A stretch of DNA of 64,000 nucleotides from the NCBI GenBank assembly GCA_903789525.1, contig CAIFER010000002.1:62000-125999 (forward strand). Reading direction: 5' to 3'. Source of the DNA: an uncultured Aeriscardovia sp. (GTDB lineage Bacteria > Actinomycetota > Actinomycetes > Actinomycetales > Bifidobacteriaceae). The position numbers were made by a program, and so were the translations under genes. A model generated the notes under the pieces. The model did not search any database. It had not been told where the DNA came from and was given only the letters and a program-made list of their open reading frames with translations. This document shows positions 24,835 through 34,656 of the stretch, piece after piece. Each line of letters begins with the position of its first letter. Position 1 is the stretch's first letter.

Positions 24835-26184
24835 ATGGCTGAAATGGTGAGACACAACGACAACGCTGCCGATCAGGATGTTTTGCACGTGTGGGGCGGC
24901 AAGCCTTTGCACGGCACTGTCAAGGTCCGTGGCGCAAAGAATTTCGTCAGTAAGGCGATGGTTGCGGCACTACTGGCTCCGGGCACGTCGGTTATTCGCA
25001 ACGTTCCAGCGATCAGGGACGTACGGGTTGTCTCGGACCTGCTGCGTTTGCATGGGGCGACGGTTGATTACCAGCCGGATCAGGGTGTGGTGACGATCGA
25101 TGCCACTCACGTCAAGCTCGCAGACGTCGCCGATGTGCGTACTCTTTCGGGTTCGTCGCGTATCCCGATTCTCTTCGCCGGGCCGCTCATTCATCGATTG
25201 GGCGAGGCGTTCATTCCTGACCTCGGTGGCGATCGGATTGGCGGACGGCCGATTAACTTCCATTTGGCAACGCTTGAAAAGATGGGTGCGCATATCGACA
25301 CCTCGCATCACGATGGCACGCACATTACGGCTCCGCACGGTCTGCATGGTGCGCAAATTCATCTCCCGTATCCATCTGTTGGAGCGACGGAACAAACACT
25401 TTTGGCAGCTGTAGAGGCTGACGGTAAGACCGAGTTGACCGGCGCTGCTGTTGAGCCGGAGATCATGGCTGAGGTTGACGTTCTGCAGAAGATGGGCGCG
25501 ATTATTTCTGTGGACGTGGATCGCACGATTCATATAGAAGGCGTCTCGCACCTGTCGGGCTTTACGCAAACGGCACTGACTGATCGCATTGAGGCGGCAA
25601 GCTGGGCGTCTGCGGCGCTGGCGACGAAGGGCGATGTGTTCGTCCAAGGCGCACAGCAGAGCACAATGACCACGTACTTGAACGTTTTCCGCAAGATTGG
25701 CGGCGAGTTTGAGGTCCGTGACGATGGTATTCGTTTCTGGTACCCGGGCGGTGATTTGAAGCCAGTCGCCATCGAGACGAACGTGCATCCTGGTTTCATG
25801 ACCGATTGGCAGCAGCCGCTCGTGTGTGCACTGACGCAAGCGAAGGGCCTGTCGATCGTGCATGAGACCGTCTACGAAAATCGCTTTGGCTTTACGCGCT
25901 CGCTCGTCAAGATGGGTGCAACGATTCAGCTGTACAAAGAGTGCCTCGGAAGTTTGCCGTGCCGGTTCAAGGAGAAGAATTTCCTGCATTCGGCCGTTAT
26001 TTTCGGACCGACACCGTTGCACGGCGCTGATATCGATGTCCCAGATATTCGTGGCGGGTTTAGCCATATGATCGGCGCACTCATCGCTGACGGCATGAGT
26101 ACGGTTCACGGTATTTCACTCTTCGACCGTGGTTACGAGCACTTCCGCGATAAGCTCCGCGGTTTAGGCGCACGGATTGATTGA
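24835..26184 (+). CDS. murA: UDP-N-acetylglucosamine 1-carboxyvinyltransferase
   Basis: VKVRGAKN and GGDRIGGRPI motifs, full-length MurA architecture. ATG 24835 is preferred over GTG 24823. Confidence 0.95.
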   Translation: MAEMVRHNDNAADQDVLHVWGGKPLHGTVKVRGAKNFVSKAMVAALLAPGTSVIRNVPAIRDVRVVSDLLRLHGATVDYQPDQGVVTIDATHVKLADVADVRTLSGSSRIPILFAGPLIHRLGEAFIPDLGGDRIGGRPINFHLATLEKMGAHIDTSHHDGTHITAPHGLHGAQIHLPYPSVGATEQTLLAAVEADGKTELTGAAVEPEIMAEVDVLQKMGAIISVDVDRTIHIEGVSHLSGFTQTALTDRIEAASWASAALATKGDVFVQGAQQSTMTTYLNVFRKIGGEFEVRDDGIRFWYPGGDLKPVAIETNVHPGFMTDWQQPLVCALTQAKGLSIVHETVYENRFGFTRSLVKMGATIQLYKECLGSLPCRFKEKNFLHSAVIFGPTPLHGADIDVPDIRGGFSHMIGALIADGMSTVHGISLFDRGYEHFRDKLRGLGARID

Positions 26185-26245
26185 GCGCACGATTGTGCTT
26201 GTGCCTATCAGGTTGAGACTGTGAAGTTGTCGTCAAGGAGACAAG

Positions 26246-27208
26246 ATGTCATCGCCAGGAAAACCATCGCCGGGTAAGTCGGTGCCAGTGCTCTCAGACG
26301 AGCAAGTTGCGCGTTTGGCGCGGCGGCATCACATGGTGGATCCGACTCGTTATTTGTACGGATCGCTGCACCATCCCAATGAGAAGGAAATCCGCGAACA
26401 AAATCCAACGCGGACGGCTCGGCTGCTCGAGGGTGTGTCGATTGCCACGCGCATGCGCTCGCACTGCTATGCGTATGGCGTCGAGCACATTCCTGATACG
26501 GGCGTGTTCATCACGGCAGCGACGCACGTCACGCAGATGGATGTTTTTGTGCCGATGGAGACGCTGTTCCACCTCGGTCGGCGTCCGCGTTTCATGGCGA
26601 AGGCTGAGCTGACGAAGTGGCCGTGGGTCGGCAATGCGCTCAAATGCGTTGGGATGCAGGCCGTGCAGCGACGCGGTGGATTGTCGATGGCGGAGGAGAT
26701 TGAGAAGCAGTCAGTCGAAATCCTCGCATCAGGCCGTCCGCTCACGATTTTTCCGGAGGGCACTGTTACGCGCGATCCGCTCAAGTGGCCGATGTCACTC
26801 AAGCCCGGAATGGCGTACATCGCTCTTGAAGCTTCTGAACAGCTCGGTTATCAAGTCCCGATTTTTCCAGCTGTGACGTGGGGCGGGGCATCGATCAACA
26901 ATTGGTGGCCGTGGCCGCGCAAGAACATCGTCGAAGGAATCGGGAACGCCGTCGATTATGCGGATTTGCTTGAGGATTCAGCGAGCTGGAAAGGTGAGCC
27001 ACCGCGTGCGTCTGTCGACGAGTTGAGCGAGCGCGTGCGGCGGGCTATGGAGCGCATCATGTCTGAAATTCGTGGCGAAAATCCGCCGCAAGAGGGTATG
27101 TGGGATTACAAGACTGAATCGCGTGTGCCTCGTCCTGCTATTCGGGAGGATCCAGAAGAGGAGGACGACGAGACGAAGCATTTTGACGTTCCAGCCCTCT
27201 CGCGTTGA
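26246..27208 (+). CDS. Lysophospholipid (1-acyl-sn-glycerol-3-phosphate) acyltransferase family protein
   Basis: HxxxxD motif (HVTQMD) and FPEGT motif. RBS AAGGAG. Confidence 0.85.
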   Translation: MSSPGKPSPGKSVPVLSDEQVARLARRHHMVDPTRYLYGSLHHPNEKEIREQNPTRTARLLEGVSIATRMRSHCYAYGVEHIPDTGVFITAATHVTQMDVFVPMETLFHLGRRPRFMAKAELTKWPWVGNALKCVGMQAVQRRGGLSMAEEIEKQSVEILASGRPLTIFPEGTVTRDPLKWPMSLKPGMAYIALEASEQLGYQVPIFPAVTWGGASINNWWPWPRKNIVEGIGNAVDYADLLEDSASWKGEPPRASVDELSERVRRAMERIMSEIRGENPPQEGMWDYKTESRVPRPAIREDPEEEDDETKHFDVPALSR

Positions 27209-27271
27209 TAGTTGATATGAGACAACGTGAAAAGTAGCGGAACAAATAACGAATAAGCAACAAGCGAAGAA

Positions 27272-27328
27272 CGAAGAACAAGGGACAACAAACAAGGAAC
27301 GAAACGAGTAAGGTTCTTCGGTCTTTTT
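27272..27328 (+). terminator. Possible large-loop terminator after the acyltransferase gene
   Basis: CGAAGAAC (27272-27279) pairs with GTTCTTCG (27313-27320), followed by GTCTTTTT. The 33-nt loop makes this uncertain. Confidence 0.35.
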
Positions 27329-27393
27329 ACAATCGGGAACGTTACGAAAAAGATTTTGTGCGCAGGCGTGACTGCGTGCCGGAGGTGATTGCG

Positions 27394-28392
27394 ATGACGA
27401 ATGTGACTGTGCTCGGTGCAGGCGCATGGGGAACTGGTTTCGGCCGCGTTGTTGCCGATGCTGGAAATGACGTGATGATGTGGGCCATCGAGCCGTACAT
27501 CGTCAAAGATATTCAAGAGAAGCATCAGAATTCGTATCGTTTGCCGGCTGCCGGTCAGCTTCCGGAAACGATGAAAGCAACAGGAGATCGCGCCACTGCT
27601 GTCAAGAACGCCAAGATCATCGTGGTAGCAATTGCAGCACAGTTTGCCCGTGGAGCTCTCGAGCAGTTTAAGGATCTCATCCCGTCTGATGCCATTATCG
27701 TCTCGCTCATGAAAGGCGTCGAGAAGAAGACGGGTAAGCGCATGGATCAGGTTGTGCGCGAGGCATTGGATTTGCCGGCAGACCGGTTCGTGGCGGTCTC
27801 TGGCCCGAATCTGTCGAAGCAGGTGGCATTGCGTCAGCCAACAGCGACCGTCGTTGCATCCACGAATCATGATGCTGCTCTGGCCGTTGCGAAGGCGTGC
27901 CATACGGATTACTTCAAGCCATACATCTCTGACGATGTGATCGGCCTGGAGATGGCCGGTTCGCTCAAGAACGTTACTGCGCTCGCGGTCGGCATGAGCC
28001 ACGGTGCTGGATACGGTGAGAACACGGCCGGCGTCATCATGACTCTTGGTCTGCGTGAGCTGACTCGTCTCGGTGTTGCTGCCGGTGCGAAGGCATCAAC
28101 ATTCCAGGGTCTCGCCGGTTTCGGTGATCTCGTGGCGACGTGCAGCTCTCCACTGTCGCGCAATTACACGTTCGGTTACAACCTCGGCAAAGGAATGTCT
28201 ATCGAGGAGGCCACAAAGGCGAGCGATGGCGTGGCAGAAGGTGTGGCGACGACGTCTGCAGTTCTTCAGCTTGCCCATCAGCTGAACGTGAAGATGCCAC
28301 TTGCTGAAGCGATGAATCACGTGCTGTCCGACGGCTATTCCTTCAGCCAGATGTTTGCAGCGCTGACGGGTACTGAGATCACTGCTGAGTGA
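27394..28392 (+). CDS. gpsA: NAD(P)H-dependent glycerol-3-phosphate dehydrogenase
   Basis: VTVLGAGAWGT Rossmann motif. ATG 27394 follows GGAGGTG. Confidence 0.95.
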   Translation: MTNVTVLGAGAWGTGFGRVVADAGNDVMMWAIEPYIVKDIQEKHQNSYRLPAAGQLPETMKATGDRATAVKNAKIIVVAIAAQFARGALEQFKDLIPSDAIIVSLMKGVEKKTGKRMDQVVREALDLPADRFVAVSGPNLSKQVALRQPTATVVASTNHDAALAVAKACHTDYFKPYISDDVIGLEMAGSLKNVTALAVGMSHGAGYGENTAGVIMTLGLRELTRLGVAAGAKASTFQGLAGFGDLVATCSSPLSRNYTFGYNLGKGMSIEEATKASDGVAEGVATTSAVLQLAHQLNVKMPLAEAMNHVLSDGYSFSQMFAALTGTEITAE

Positions 28393-28413
28393 AAAATAGA
28401 AAGGAACACCGCG

Positions 28414-29583
28414 ATGTCAGATATGTCACCTTCAACACGCTCTGGCCGTACGCGTGTTGCCGTTCTCTACGGCGGACGCTCTAGTGAGCATTCCATCTCG
28501 TGCGTCTCTGCGGGGGCTGTTTTATCGGCGATTGACCGCACACGCTTTGAGCCAATTCCGATTGGCATTACGAAGTCAGGTGAGTGGATCATTTCTGACG
28601 AGGATCCGCGCACGTATTCGCTCGATCAGTTGCCAGTGTTGAAGGCGACGGCATCGAGCAAGCCTGTTGTCATCGATCTGACACAGCACGGCGATGGATT
28701 CTTTGTCGGGCAAGCGAGGGCGGTTGGTCAGTCTCCTGCTGCCCAGAAGCTCGAGTCGCTCGGACATATTGACGCTGTGTTCCCTGTCCTGCATGGACTG
28801 GGTGGCGAAGATGGCGCTATTCAGGGCATGCTGGAAACGCTCGGTGTGCCGTATGTTGGCTGCGGAATCTTTGCGTCGGCAGCGTGCATGGATAAGCATT
28901 TCACGAAAGTTGTGCTCAAGCAGGCTGGAATTCCTGTCACGCCGGGTATCACACTCGATACGCGATTGCTCGATCACGCAACTCACTTCGCATCAAACGC
29001 TGATGACATCGTACACAAGCTTGAAAAGGCGGGTCTGCAGTATCCGCTCTTCATCAAGCCTGGTGACGGCGGCTCCAGCATTGGCGTGCACAAGGTAGAG
29101 GACGCTGAGCAACTCATTCCGGCGCTGTGGGATGCAGCTCAGTATGACTGGGCAATTCTCGTCGAAAAGTGCGTCGATGCGCGCGAAGTCGAGTGCGCTG
29201 TGCTGTCGTTAGATAATTCGCAGCCGCCTCAGACTGCGTGGCCAGGTGAAGTCGTCAAGACACAGGCACATGAGTTCTACGATTTCAAGCAAAAGTACAC
29301 ATCCAGCAGCTCAACGCACGTCCAAGTCCCAGCGGATTTGCCGCGAGAGACATTGCTGAAGATTCGTTCGCTCGCTTCTCGTGCCTTCCAAGCAGTTGGT
29401 GGACGTGGACTCATGCGTGTGGACACGTTTGTTCAGCCAGATGGTTCAGTGCAGATCAACGAGATCAATACAATGCCAGGCTTTACAGCGATTTCGATGT
29501 GGCCGAAGGCGTGGGCAGCAGCTGGATTGCCGTATACGAAGGCGATCACGGAACTAATTGACTCGTCGATTGCGCACCACTAA
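28414..29583 (+). CDS. ddl: D-alanine--D-alanine ligase
   Basis: VAVLYGGRSSEHSISCVSA N-terminus, ATP-grasp core, and C-terminal EINTMPGFT. Confidence 0.95.
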   Translation: MSDMSPSTRSGRTRVAVLYGGRSSEHSISCVSAGAVLSAIDRTRFEPIPIGITKSGEWIISDEDPRTYSLDQLPVLKATASSKPVVIDLTQHGDGFFVGQARAVGQSPAAQKLESLGHIDAVFPVLHGLGGEDGAIQGMLETLGVPYVGCGIFASAACMDKHFTKVVLKQAGIPVTPGITLDTRLLDHATHFASNADDIVHKLEKAGLQYPLFIKPGDGGSSIGVHKVEDAEQLIPALWDAAQYDWAILVEKCVDAREVECAVLSLDNSQPPQTAWPGEVVKTQAHEFYDFKQKYTSSSSTHVQVPADLPRETLLKIRSLASRAFQAVGGRGLMRVDTFVQPDGSVQINEINTMPGFTAISMWPKAWAAAGLPYTKAITELIDSSIAHH

Positions 29584-29793
29584 TCGGTTGCTCTGCCAAT
29601 CGTGGTCGGTACGATCACATGCTCACTGCTGATGGCTTACCTGTGAGCAAAAAATAACTCAGGAGCTTTGAAGGGTCCGACATGTGCGGTATCCTAGGCT
29701 CGTTGTGCACTGTGAGTAGGTCGCTTGCATGTGCAGAAAGCTTTGAATTCGGGCTAGCAGGTGCCGGCCCAGGCTGTGTGGAAAGAGGTCAGT

Positions 29794-29991
29794 ATGTCAG
29801 CTCGTTGCGCAATTTGCGGTAAGGGCCCGCAGGTCGGTTTTAACGTTTCTCACTCACTGCGTCACACGAAGCGTCGTTTCATGCCGAATCTGCAGACGGT
29901 GCGCGTGGATGCCGGAAATGGCACTACGGTCAAGATTCGTGTGTGCACCAAGTGCCTGAAGGCTGGAAAAGTTCAGCGCGCAGCTCGCTGA
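29794..29991 (+). CDS. rpmB: 50S ribosomal protein L28 (Cys-containing form)
   Basis: [21 protein letters not shown]...CTKCLK. ATG 29794 follows GAAAGAGG. Confidence 0.95.
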   Translation: MSARCAICGKGPQVGFNVSHSLRHTKRRFMPNLQTVRVDAGNGTTVKIRVCTKCLKAGKVQRAAR

Positions 29992-30039
29992 AGTCAGCCC
30001 ATCAGTGTGCGTTCATGATGTGTACTGATGATCAATGAG

Positions 30040-30071
30040 AACCCGGGGGTTATTGCGCCCTCGGGTTTTTC
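30040..30071 (+). terminator. Intrinsic terminator after rpmB
   Basis: AACCCGGGGG-loop-CCCTCGGGTT followed by a T-run. Confidence 0.7.
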
Positions 30072-30141
30072 TGTCTTGTGACGTATGTCATCGTGACATG
30101 CGTGGAGTGTGAGTGTGGATGGCACGGAAGGAGGGGAAATC

Positions 30142-32541
30142 GTGAAAATTCAGTTGCAAACTCCGCTCAGTGACGTTATTCGTCCACGGCGGCGAGCCAC
30201 CACGTTGCGCCATTTTGGACTGCGGACGGTGGCGGATTTGCTCACGTACTATCCTTTCCGTGTCACTCAGGCGGTTCCGCGTGGGACGCTGCGCACGGCC
30301 AAAGTCGGCGAACCGATCGCTGTCGAGGCACGAGTCAGCCAGTCTCGGTTAGTCCCGTTTCAAGGTCGGTATGGGCAGCGTGTGATGGCACGCGTCGTTG
30401 ATGAGGATCAGGCAACTGCTGAACTCGTTTTCTTCAGTCACAATCGCGGATATGCAAGTTGGATGTTGGCCCGTCTGGCTGCAGGCAGTGACGTGGTCAT
30501 CTGTGGGCAGCCGAGTCTGTATGACGGGATACTGCAATTCACGCATCCGGATATTGAGGTTATTGGTCACGACGAGCCGGATGCTCAGACCGCGTTTGAG
30601 AAAGTCATTCGCCCGCGTCCGGTGTATCATGCGACCGCGCGGTTTTCGTCTGAGCGCATTCACGAGTCTGTGTTGTCCGTACTCGAGATGATTCGCGAGC
30701 AAGATCACGGTGATCCCAATTCCGCGGATGACGCTGACAGTCCGACCGTACCGACAATCATTCCTGATAAGGTACGTGCGCGCCATCATCTTTTGCGTCG
30801 ATTTGAGGCGTTCGAGGCGGTTCACAACCCTTCGAGTGTGCAGCAGTTTCACGATGGGGTGAAAACACTGCGATTTGAAGAGGCGTTTGTCTCGCAAGTC
30901 AGTCTGCTCAAGACGCGGCACGAAACGGATGTGAAGGATGCTCCAGCATGTGCACGGCCAGCCGATATCGGTGAGGACTTTGCGCTGAAAACAGAGGGGA
31001 AGTATGCGCGTGACCATTCGCTCGTGGGATGGCTGCTGGCATCGCTTCCATTCCACCTCACGGATGGGCAAAAGCACGTGTGCGCACAAATCAGCGCAGA
31101 TATGGCTCAATCGCACCCGATGCAACGGCTCTTGCAAGGTGAGGTCGGTTCGGGTAAGACGATCGTTGCGCTCATAGCAATGTTGCAGGCGGTCGATGCG
31201 GGATATCAAGCGGTTTTGGTCGCCCCGACGCAAGTGCTCGCGCAACAGCACGCAGAAAATATACGACGACGGATGTCAGCACTGGAGAAAAAGGCAGGGC
31301 TTGATGGTGGCGAGAATGGTCAAGCCGGATCAGCGTCGTCATCGTCATCTGTGCATGTGCCGGTGTATTTGCTGACAGGAGCACTCACCACTGCGCAACG
31401 CCGGGTCGTCCTCGCACATGTGGCATCAGGTGAACCGTGCATCGTCGTCGCCACGCACGCTGCTTTTTCTGACACGTTCCAAGCTCCGCGTATGGCACTG
31501 GCGATCATTGATGAACAACATCGTTTTGGTGTCGAGCAGCGCGATGTACTGGTCAACAAGGCAGAGAAGACGCCACATTTGCTCGTGATGACAGCGACCC
31601 CGATTCCTCGAACTGCTGCAATGACGTGGTTTGGCGATCTGCAGGTCAGTGAGTTGGAGGGATTGCCAGGTGGCCGTCAGCCGATTACGACGGTCGTCAT
31701 TCCAGAGGCGGATAACCAGCAAATGGCTCGCATGTTCGTCTTTGTGCGCCAGCGCATCGACCAGGGAGAACGGGCGTATGTGATTTGCCCGGCGATCGAA
31801 TCGTCCGACAACGCAGCGCACGAGGTCGTGGCAGAAGGCGTCGATTATTACCGTGGGCAGAGTGATGAGGGTGATGTGTCTGATGCGCAGATACAGCACA
31901 CGAGTTCACGGCATATCGATCCGGCTGTCCCATTGCATTCAGTCGAGGGCATTTATCGCCGGTTGTCTCGTCTCCCTCAATTCCAAGGGATTCAGCTCGC
32001 TCATTTGACCGGCCGAGATGATGAAGCGACGAAAAATGCGGTCATGGCTGGGTTCGAAAGTGGGAAGACACCGCTTCTCGTGGCGACGACCGTCATCGAG
32101 GTTGGTATTGACGTCCCACAAGCAAGCTGCATCGTCATTCTCAACGCGGATCATTTTGGGCTCACCCAATTGCATCAGTTGCGCGGTCGTGTTGGGCGCG
32201 GTGGAACCCCTGGATGGGCATTTCTCGTCAGCCAGGCGGAGGAAGGCTCTGTGGCGTCGCAGCGTCTCGACGTTCTCGTCAAGACAAACGACGGACGGGA
32301 AATCTCGGAAGCGGATATTTCGTTGCGCGGTGTCGGCGATGTGCTCGGCGATGCACAGTCTGGGAATATGAGCTCATTCAAGATCTTGCGAGTGGTGCAA
32401 GATGCGGGGATTATTTCGCAGGCTCGGGATGATGCGCGCACGGTCATCAAACAGGATCCATCTTTGAACACATGGCCACAATTGGCTGGAGCTGTGTTGG
32501 ACTTTTTGCGTGGCAACGAGAAGTTTTTGACGCGCAATTAG
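30142..32541 (+). CDS. recG: ATP-dependent DNA helicase RecG
   Basis: Wedge domain, Walker A GEVGSGKT, and DEQH box (IIDEQHRFG). GTG 30142 follows GGAAGGAGGGG and is preferred over ORF-track start 30109. Confidence 0.9.
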   Translation: MKIQLQTPLSDVIRPRRRATTLRHFGLRTVADLLTYYPFRVTQAVPRGTLRTAKVGEPIAVEARVSQSRLVPFQGRYGQRVMARVVDEDQATAELVFFSHNRGYASWMLARLAAGSDVVICGQPSLYDGILQFTHPDIEVIGHDEPDAQTAFEKVIRPRPVYHATARFSSERIHESVLSVLEMIREQDHGDPNSADDADSPTVPTIIPDKVRARHHLLRRFEAFEAVHNPSSVQQFHDGVKTLRFEEAFVSQVSLLKTRHETDVKDAPACARPADIGEDFALKTEGKYARDHSLVGWLLASLPFHLTDGQKHVCAQISADMAQSHPMQRLLQGEVGSGKTIVALIAMLQAVDAGYQAVLVAPTQVLAQQHAENIRRRMSALEKKAGLDGGENGQAGSASSSSSVHVPVYLLTGALTTAQRRVVLAHVASGEPCIVVATHAAFSDTFQAPRMALAIIDEQHRFGVEQRDVLVNKAEKTPHLLVMTATPIPRTAAMTWFGDLQVSELEGLPGGRQPITTVVIPEADNQQMARMFVFVRQRIDQGERAYVICPAIESSDNAAHEVVAEGVDYYRGQSDEGDVSDAQIQHTSSRHIDPAVPLHSVEGIYRRLSRLPQFQGIQLAHLTGRDDEATKNAVMAGFESGKTPLLVATTVIEVGIDVPQASCIVILNADHFGLTQLHQLRGRVGRGGTPGWAFLVSQAEEGSVASQRLDVLVKTNDGREISEADISLRGVGDVLGDAQSGNMSSFKILRVVQDAGIISQARDDARTVIKQDPSLNTWPQLAGAVLDFLRGNEKFLTRN

Positions 32542-32631
32542 CGTTGTCGTGAACTGTCATGGACTGCCGTAAATGTCAGAAATGTGATCGATCATCGGCT
32601 GTAGTGCTGATGCAGGAGGAGGGGAGAAATC

Positions 32632-33228
32632 ATGTGGCTGATTGCAGGGCGCTTGAAGGGATTTACGCTGCAGACCCCGAAGTCGGGAACGCGGCCGACG
32701 ACGGATCGGGTCAAGGAAGGCGTGTTCTCCCATCTCGAATCTGAAAATATGCTTCAGGGCGTGCGCGTGCTGGATTTGTTCGCGGGGACGGGAGCACTCG
32801 GCTTTGAGGCCCTCTCGCGCGGCGCGATTTCAGCGGTTTTCATCGATTCGTCAGCTCAGGCGATCGCATTGCTTCGTCGTGCTGCGGCACGTCTGCGTCA
32901 TCATCCGGCCTACGATCCGGCGACGATGCATGTGCAGATCGAAAAAATTCCGGCGGAACGATACGTCCGTCAATTGGCACGACAGCGGCAAGATGATCAG
33001 CAGTTCGATCTCGTCTTCATGGATCCGCCGTACGCGCTGACGGATGCCGAGTTCGACGCTCTCTTGGCACAGCTTGTTCAGTCCGGGCAGCTCACACGCG
33101 TGTGCGAAATCGTGGCTGAACGTTCTGCTGAGTCATCTACGCCGACTCCTCCTGCCGGATGGGAGATCGAGGAGTCGCGCAAATACGGTGAGACGATGAT
33201 GTGGTATCTCGTCCGCTCGCAGTCGTGA
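32632..33228 (+). CDS. rsmD: 16S rRNA (guanine966-N2)-methyltransferase
   Basis: RPTTDRVKEGVFS, SAM-binding site LDLFAGTGALGFEALSRGA, and the DPPY motif. Confidence 0.9.
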   Translation: MWLIAGRLKGFTLQTPKSGTRPTTDRVKEGVFSHLESENMLQGVRVLDLFAGTGALGFEALSRGAISAVFIDSSAQAIALLRRAAARLRHHPAYDPATMHVQIEKIPAERYVRQLARQRQDDQQFDLVFMDPPYALTDAEFDALLAQLVQSGQLTRVCEIVAERSAESSTPTPPAGWEIEESRKYGETMMWYLVRSQS

Positions 33229-33252
33229 AACTCAGGAATTTGGCCCTGTAGC

Positions 33253-33663
33253 TCAGTCCTGTGAATAGATCGTTCCGGCCTTCGGACCGGCGTCGAGCCA
33301 GTCGATGCGCGTGATCTCCATGACCGGCACCACAGCAGGATGCTTGAGCTGATGAGCGTCTGCATACTCGATAGCACGTGCATAAATCGGGTCATCCATG
33401 CCTTCGTGCAGTGTGACGGGGCCATGAAAACGATAGCCTTTCTTCGTCTTCAGATCAGCAACTGCGATAACAAGCTTGCCATTTGCGCGCAAATTGTGCA
33501 GTGTCTGGCGAGCAGTGCGCTCGTAATACATGAGGTGAGAATCATCGAGAACGGTGATTGACATCTTCGGTCCGATGTCTGGATCGCCGTTTTCATCAAC
33601 AGTGGCGACATATCCGAGGTTATTGCCTATCAGGTTTTTCATTCCTGGAGTGAGCTTCTGCAT
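33253..33663 (-). CDS. Pyridoxamine 5'-phosphate oxidase-like FMN-binding family protein
   Basis: Size and split-barrel-like pattern (LGYVATVDENGDPDIGPK...YRFHG). RBS GAAAGGA. Confidence 0.65.
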   Translation of the reverse strand: MQKLTPGMKNLIGNNLGYVATVDENGDPDIGPKMSITVLDDSHLMYYERTARQTLHNLRANGKLVIAVADLKTKKGYRFHGPVTLHEGMDDPIYARAIEYADAHQLKHPAVVPVMEITRIDWLDAGPKAGTIYSQD

Positions 33664-33754
33664 GATGATCCTTTCTTAACAGAATTATTTAATCTTTTGA
33701 TCAACTTCAGTGTAGCAAAATATTACTGAGCGTACGAATTACTCACGCAATCAT

Positions 33755-34648
33755 TTATTTTCTGGTAGCCCGACGTGGATGCAGGCCAGACACATCCCAG
33801 CCCAGTGTCTGCAAATAATGTCGGTCATGGCGATCGAGAGAACTGCAAGCAAGTTTTTCGATGAGGTCGGGGCGAATGGCACTCGTTCGAGCGAGTTTCT
33901 CGTTGCGGCGTTCGCGGTCAACTCGCGCATGATTGCCCGATGTGAGTATTTCTGGAACGTTCAGGCCGCGCCACGACGTTGGCCTCGTAAACTGACGATA
34001 TTCGAGGAGTGGCTGGCCGGTGTAGCTTTCATCTTTGATGGAATCCGGATTACCCATGAACCCAGGAATGAGCCGTGTAATTGCTTCGACCATCGCGCAC
34101 ACCGCCACTTCGCCGCCGTTGAGCACGTAATCGCCGATCGAATATTCGCGCACGTCGACGCCTTGGTCGAGGTAATACTGCCCCACACGCGCATCGATGC
34201 CTTCATACCGTCCGCACCCAAAGACGAGACGCGTTTTGCTAGAGAGCTCCTGTGCCGCTTTTTGTGTAAACAGGGGAGCGGATGGATCGGGGAAGATGAC
34301 GGTCGTGTCGGGCATTATGCGGTTGTTCGCAAGGTGCGAATGCTGCGCATAACTCATATTTTCGAGGTCAGCTGTTGCGTCGTGGGAGCGGGAAGCATCC
34401 TCACCGAGTTCAACGGGTGGGAGATCGAGTAGTTCGTCGAGGCACTGTGCCCACACTTCTGGCTTCATCACCATGCCAGCTCCGCCGCCGACCGGTGTAT
34501 CGTCAACAGATCGGTGCACGTCGTGCGTCCAATCACGCAAGTTGTACGAATTGATTTCGATGAGACCGTCTTGCTGAGCTTTCCCGAGGAGGCTGAGGTT
34601 CAAAATGCGAAAATACTCGGGGAAAACAGAGACGATGTCAATCTGCAT
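33755..34648 (-). CDS. trmD: tRNA (guanine37-N1)-methyltransferase
   Basis: MQIDIVSVFPEYF N-terminus, GGGAGMVM, and GCGRYEGIDARV motifs, with an internal insertion. Confidence 0.95.
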   Translation of the reverse strand: MQIDIVSVFPEYFRILNLSLLGKAQQDGLIEINSYNLRDWTHDVHRSVDDTPVGGGAGMVMKPEVWAQCLDELLDLPPVELGEDASRSHDATADLENMSYAQHSHLANNRIMPDTTVIFPDPSAPLFTQKAAQELSSKTRLVFGCGRYEGIDARVGQYYLDQGVDVREYSIGDYVLNGGEVAVCAMVEAITRLIPGFMGNPDSIKDESYTGQPLLEYRQFTRPTSWRGLNVPEILTSGNHARVDRERRNEKLARTSAIRPDLIEKLACSSLDRHDRHYLQTLGWDVSGLHPRRATRK

Positions 34649-34656
34649 GGCGGTCC

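Noticed and set aside
24970-26109. 379-aa ORF antisense to murA
   Set aside because: This is the same kind of artefact. murA on the + strand is unambiguous, and the antisense translation has no recognisable domain.
27106-28002. 298-aa ORF antisense to gpsA and the plsC-gpsA spacer
   Set aside because: It overlaps a clear gpsA gene. The translation is low-complexity and there is no RBS.
29583-29793. Structured leader or Zur box upstream of rpmB
   Set aside because: I found only a plausible promoter (TTGAAG-16-TATCCT) and short imperfect hairpins. This L28 is the Cys-containing form, which is not the form expected to be zinc-repressed.
30349-31251. 300-aa ORF antisense to recG
   Set aside because: It lies inside recG and has no motifs. 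It is an antisense artefact.
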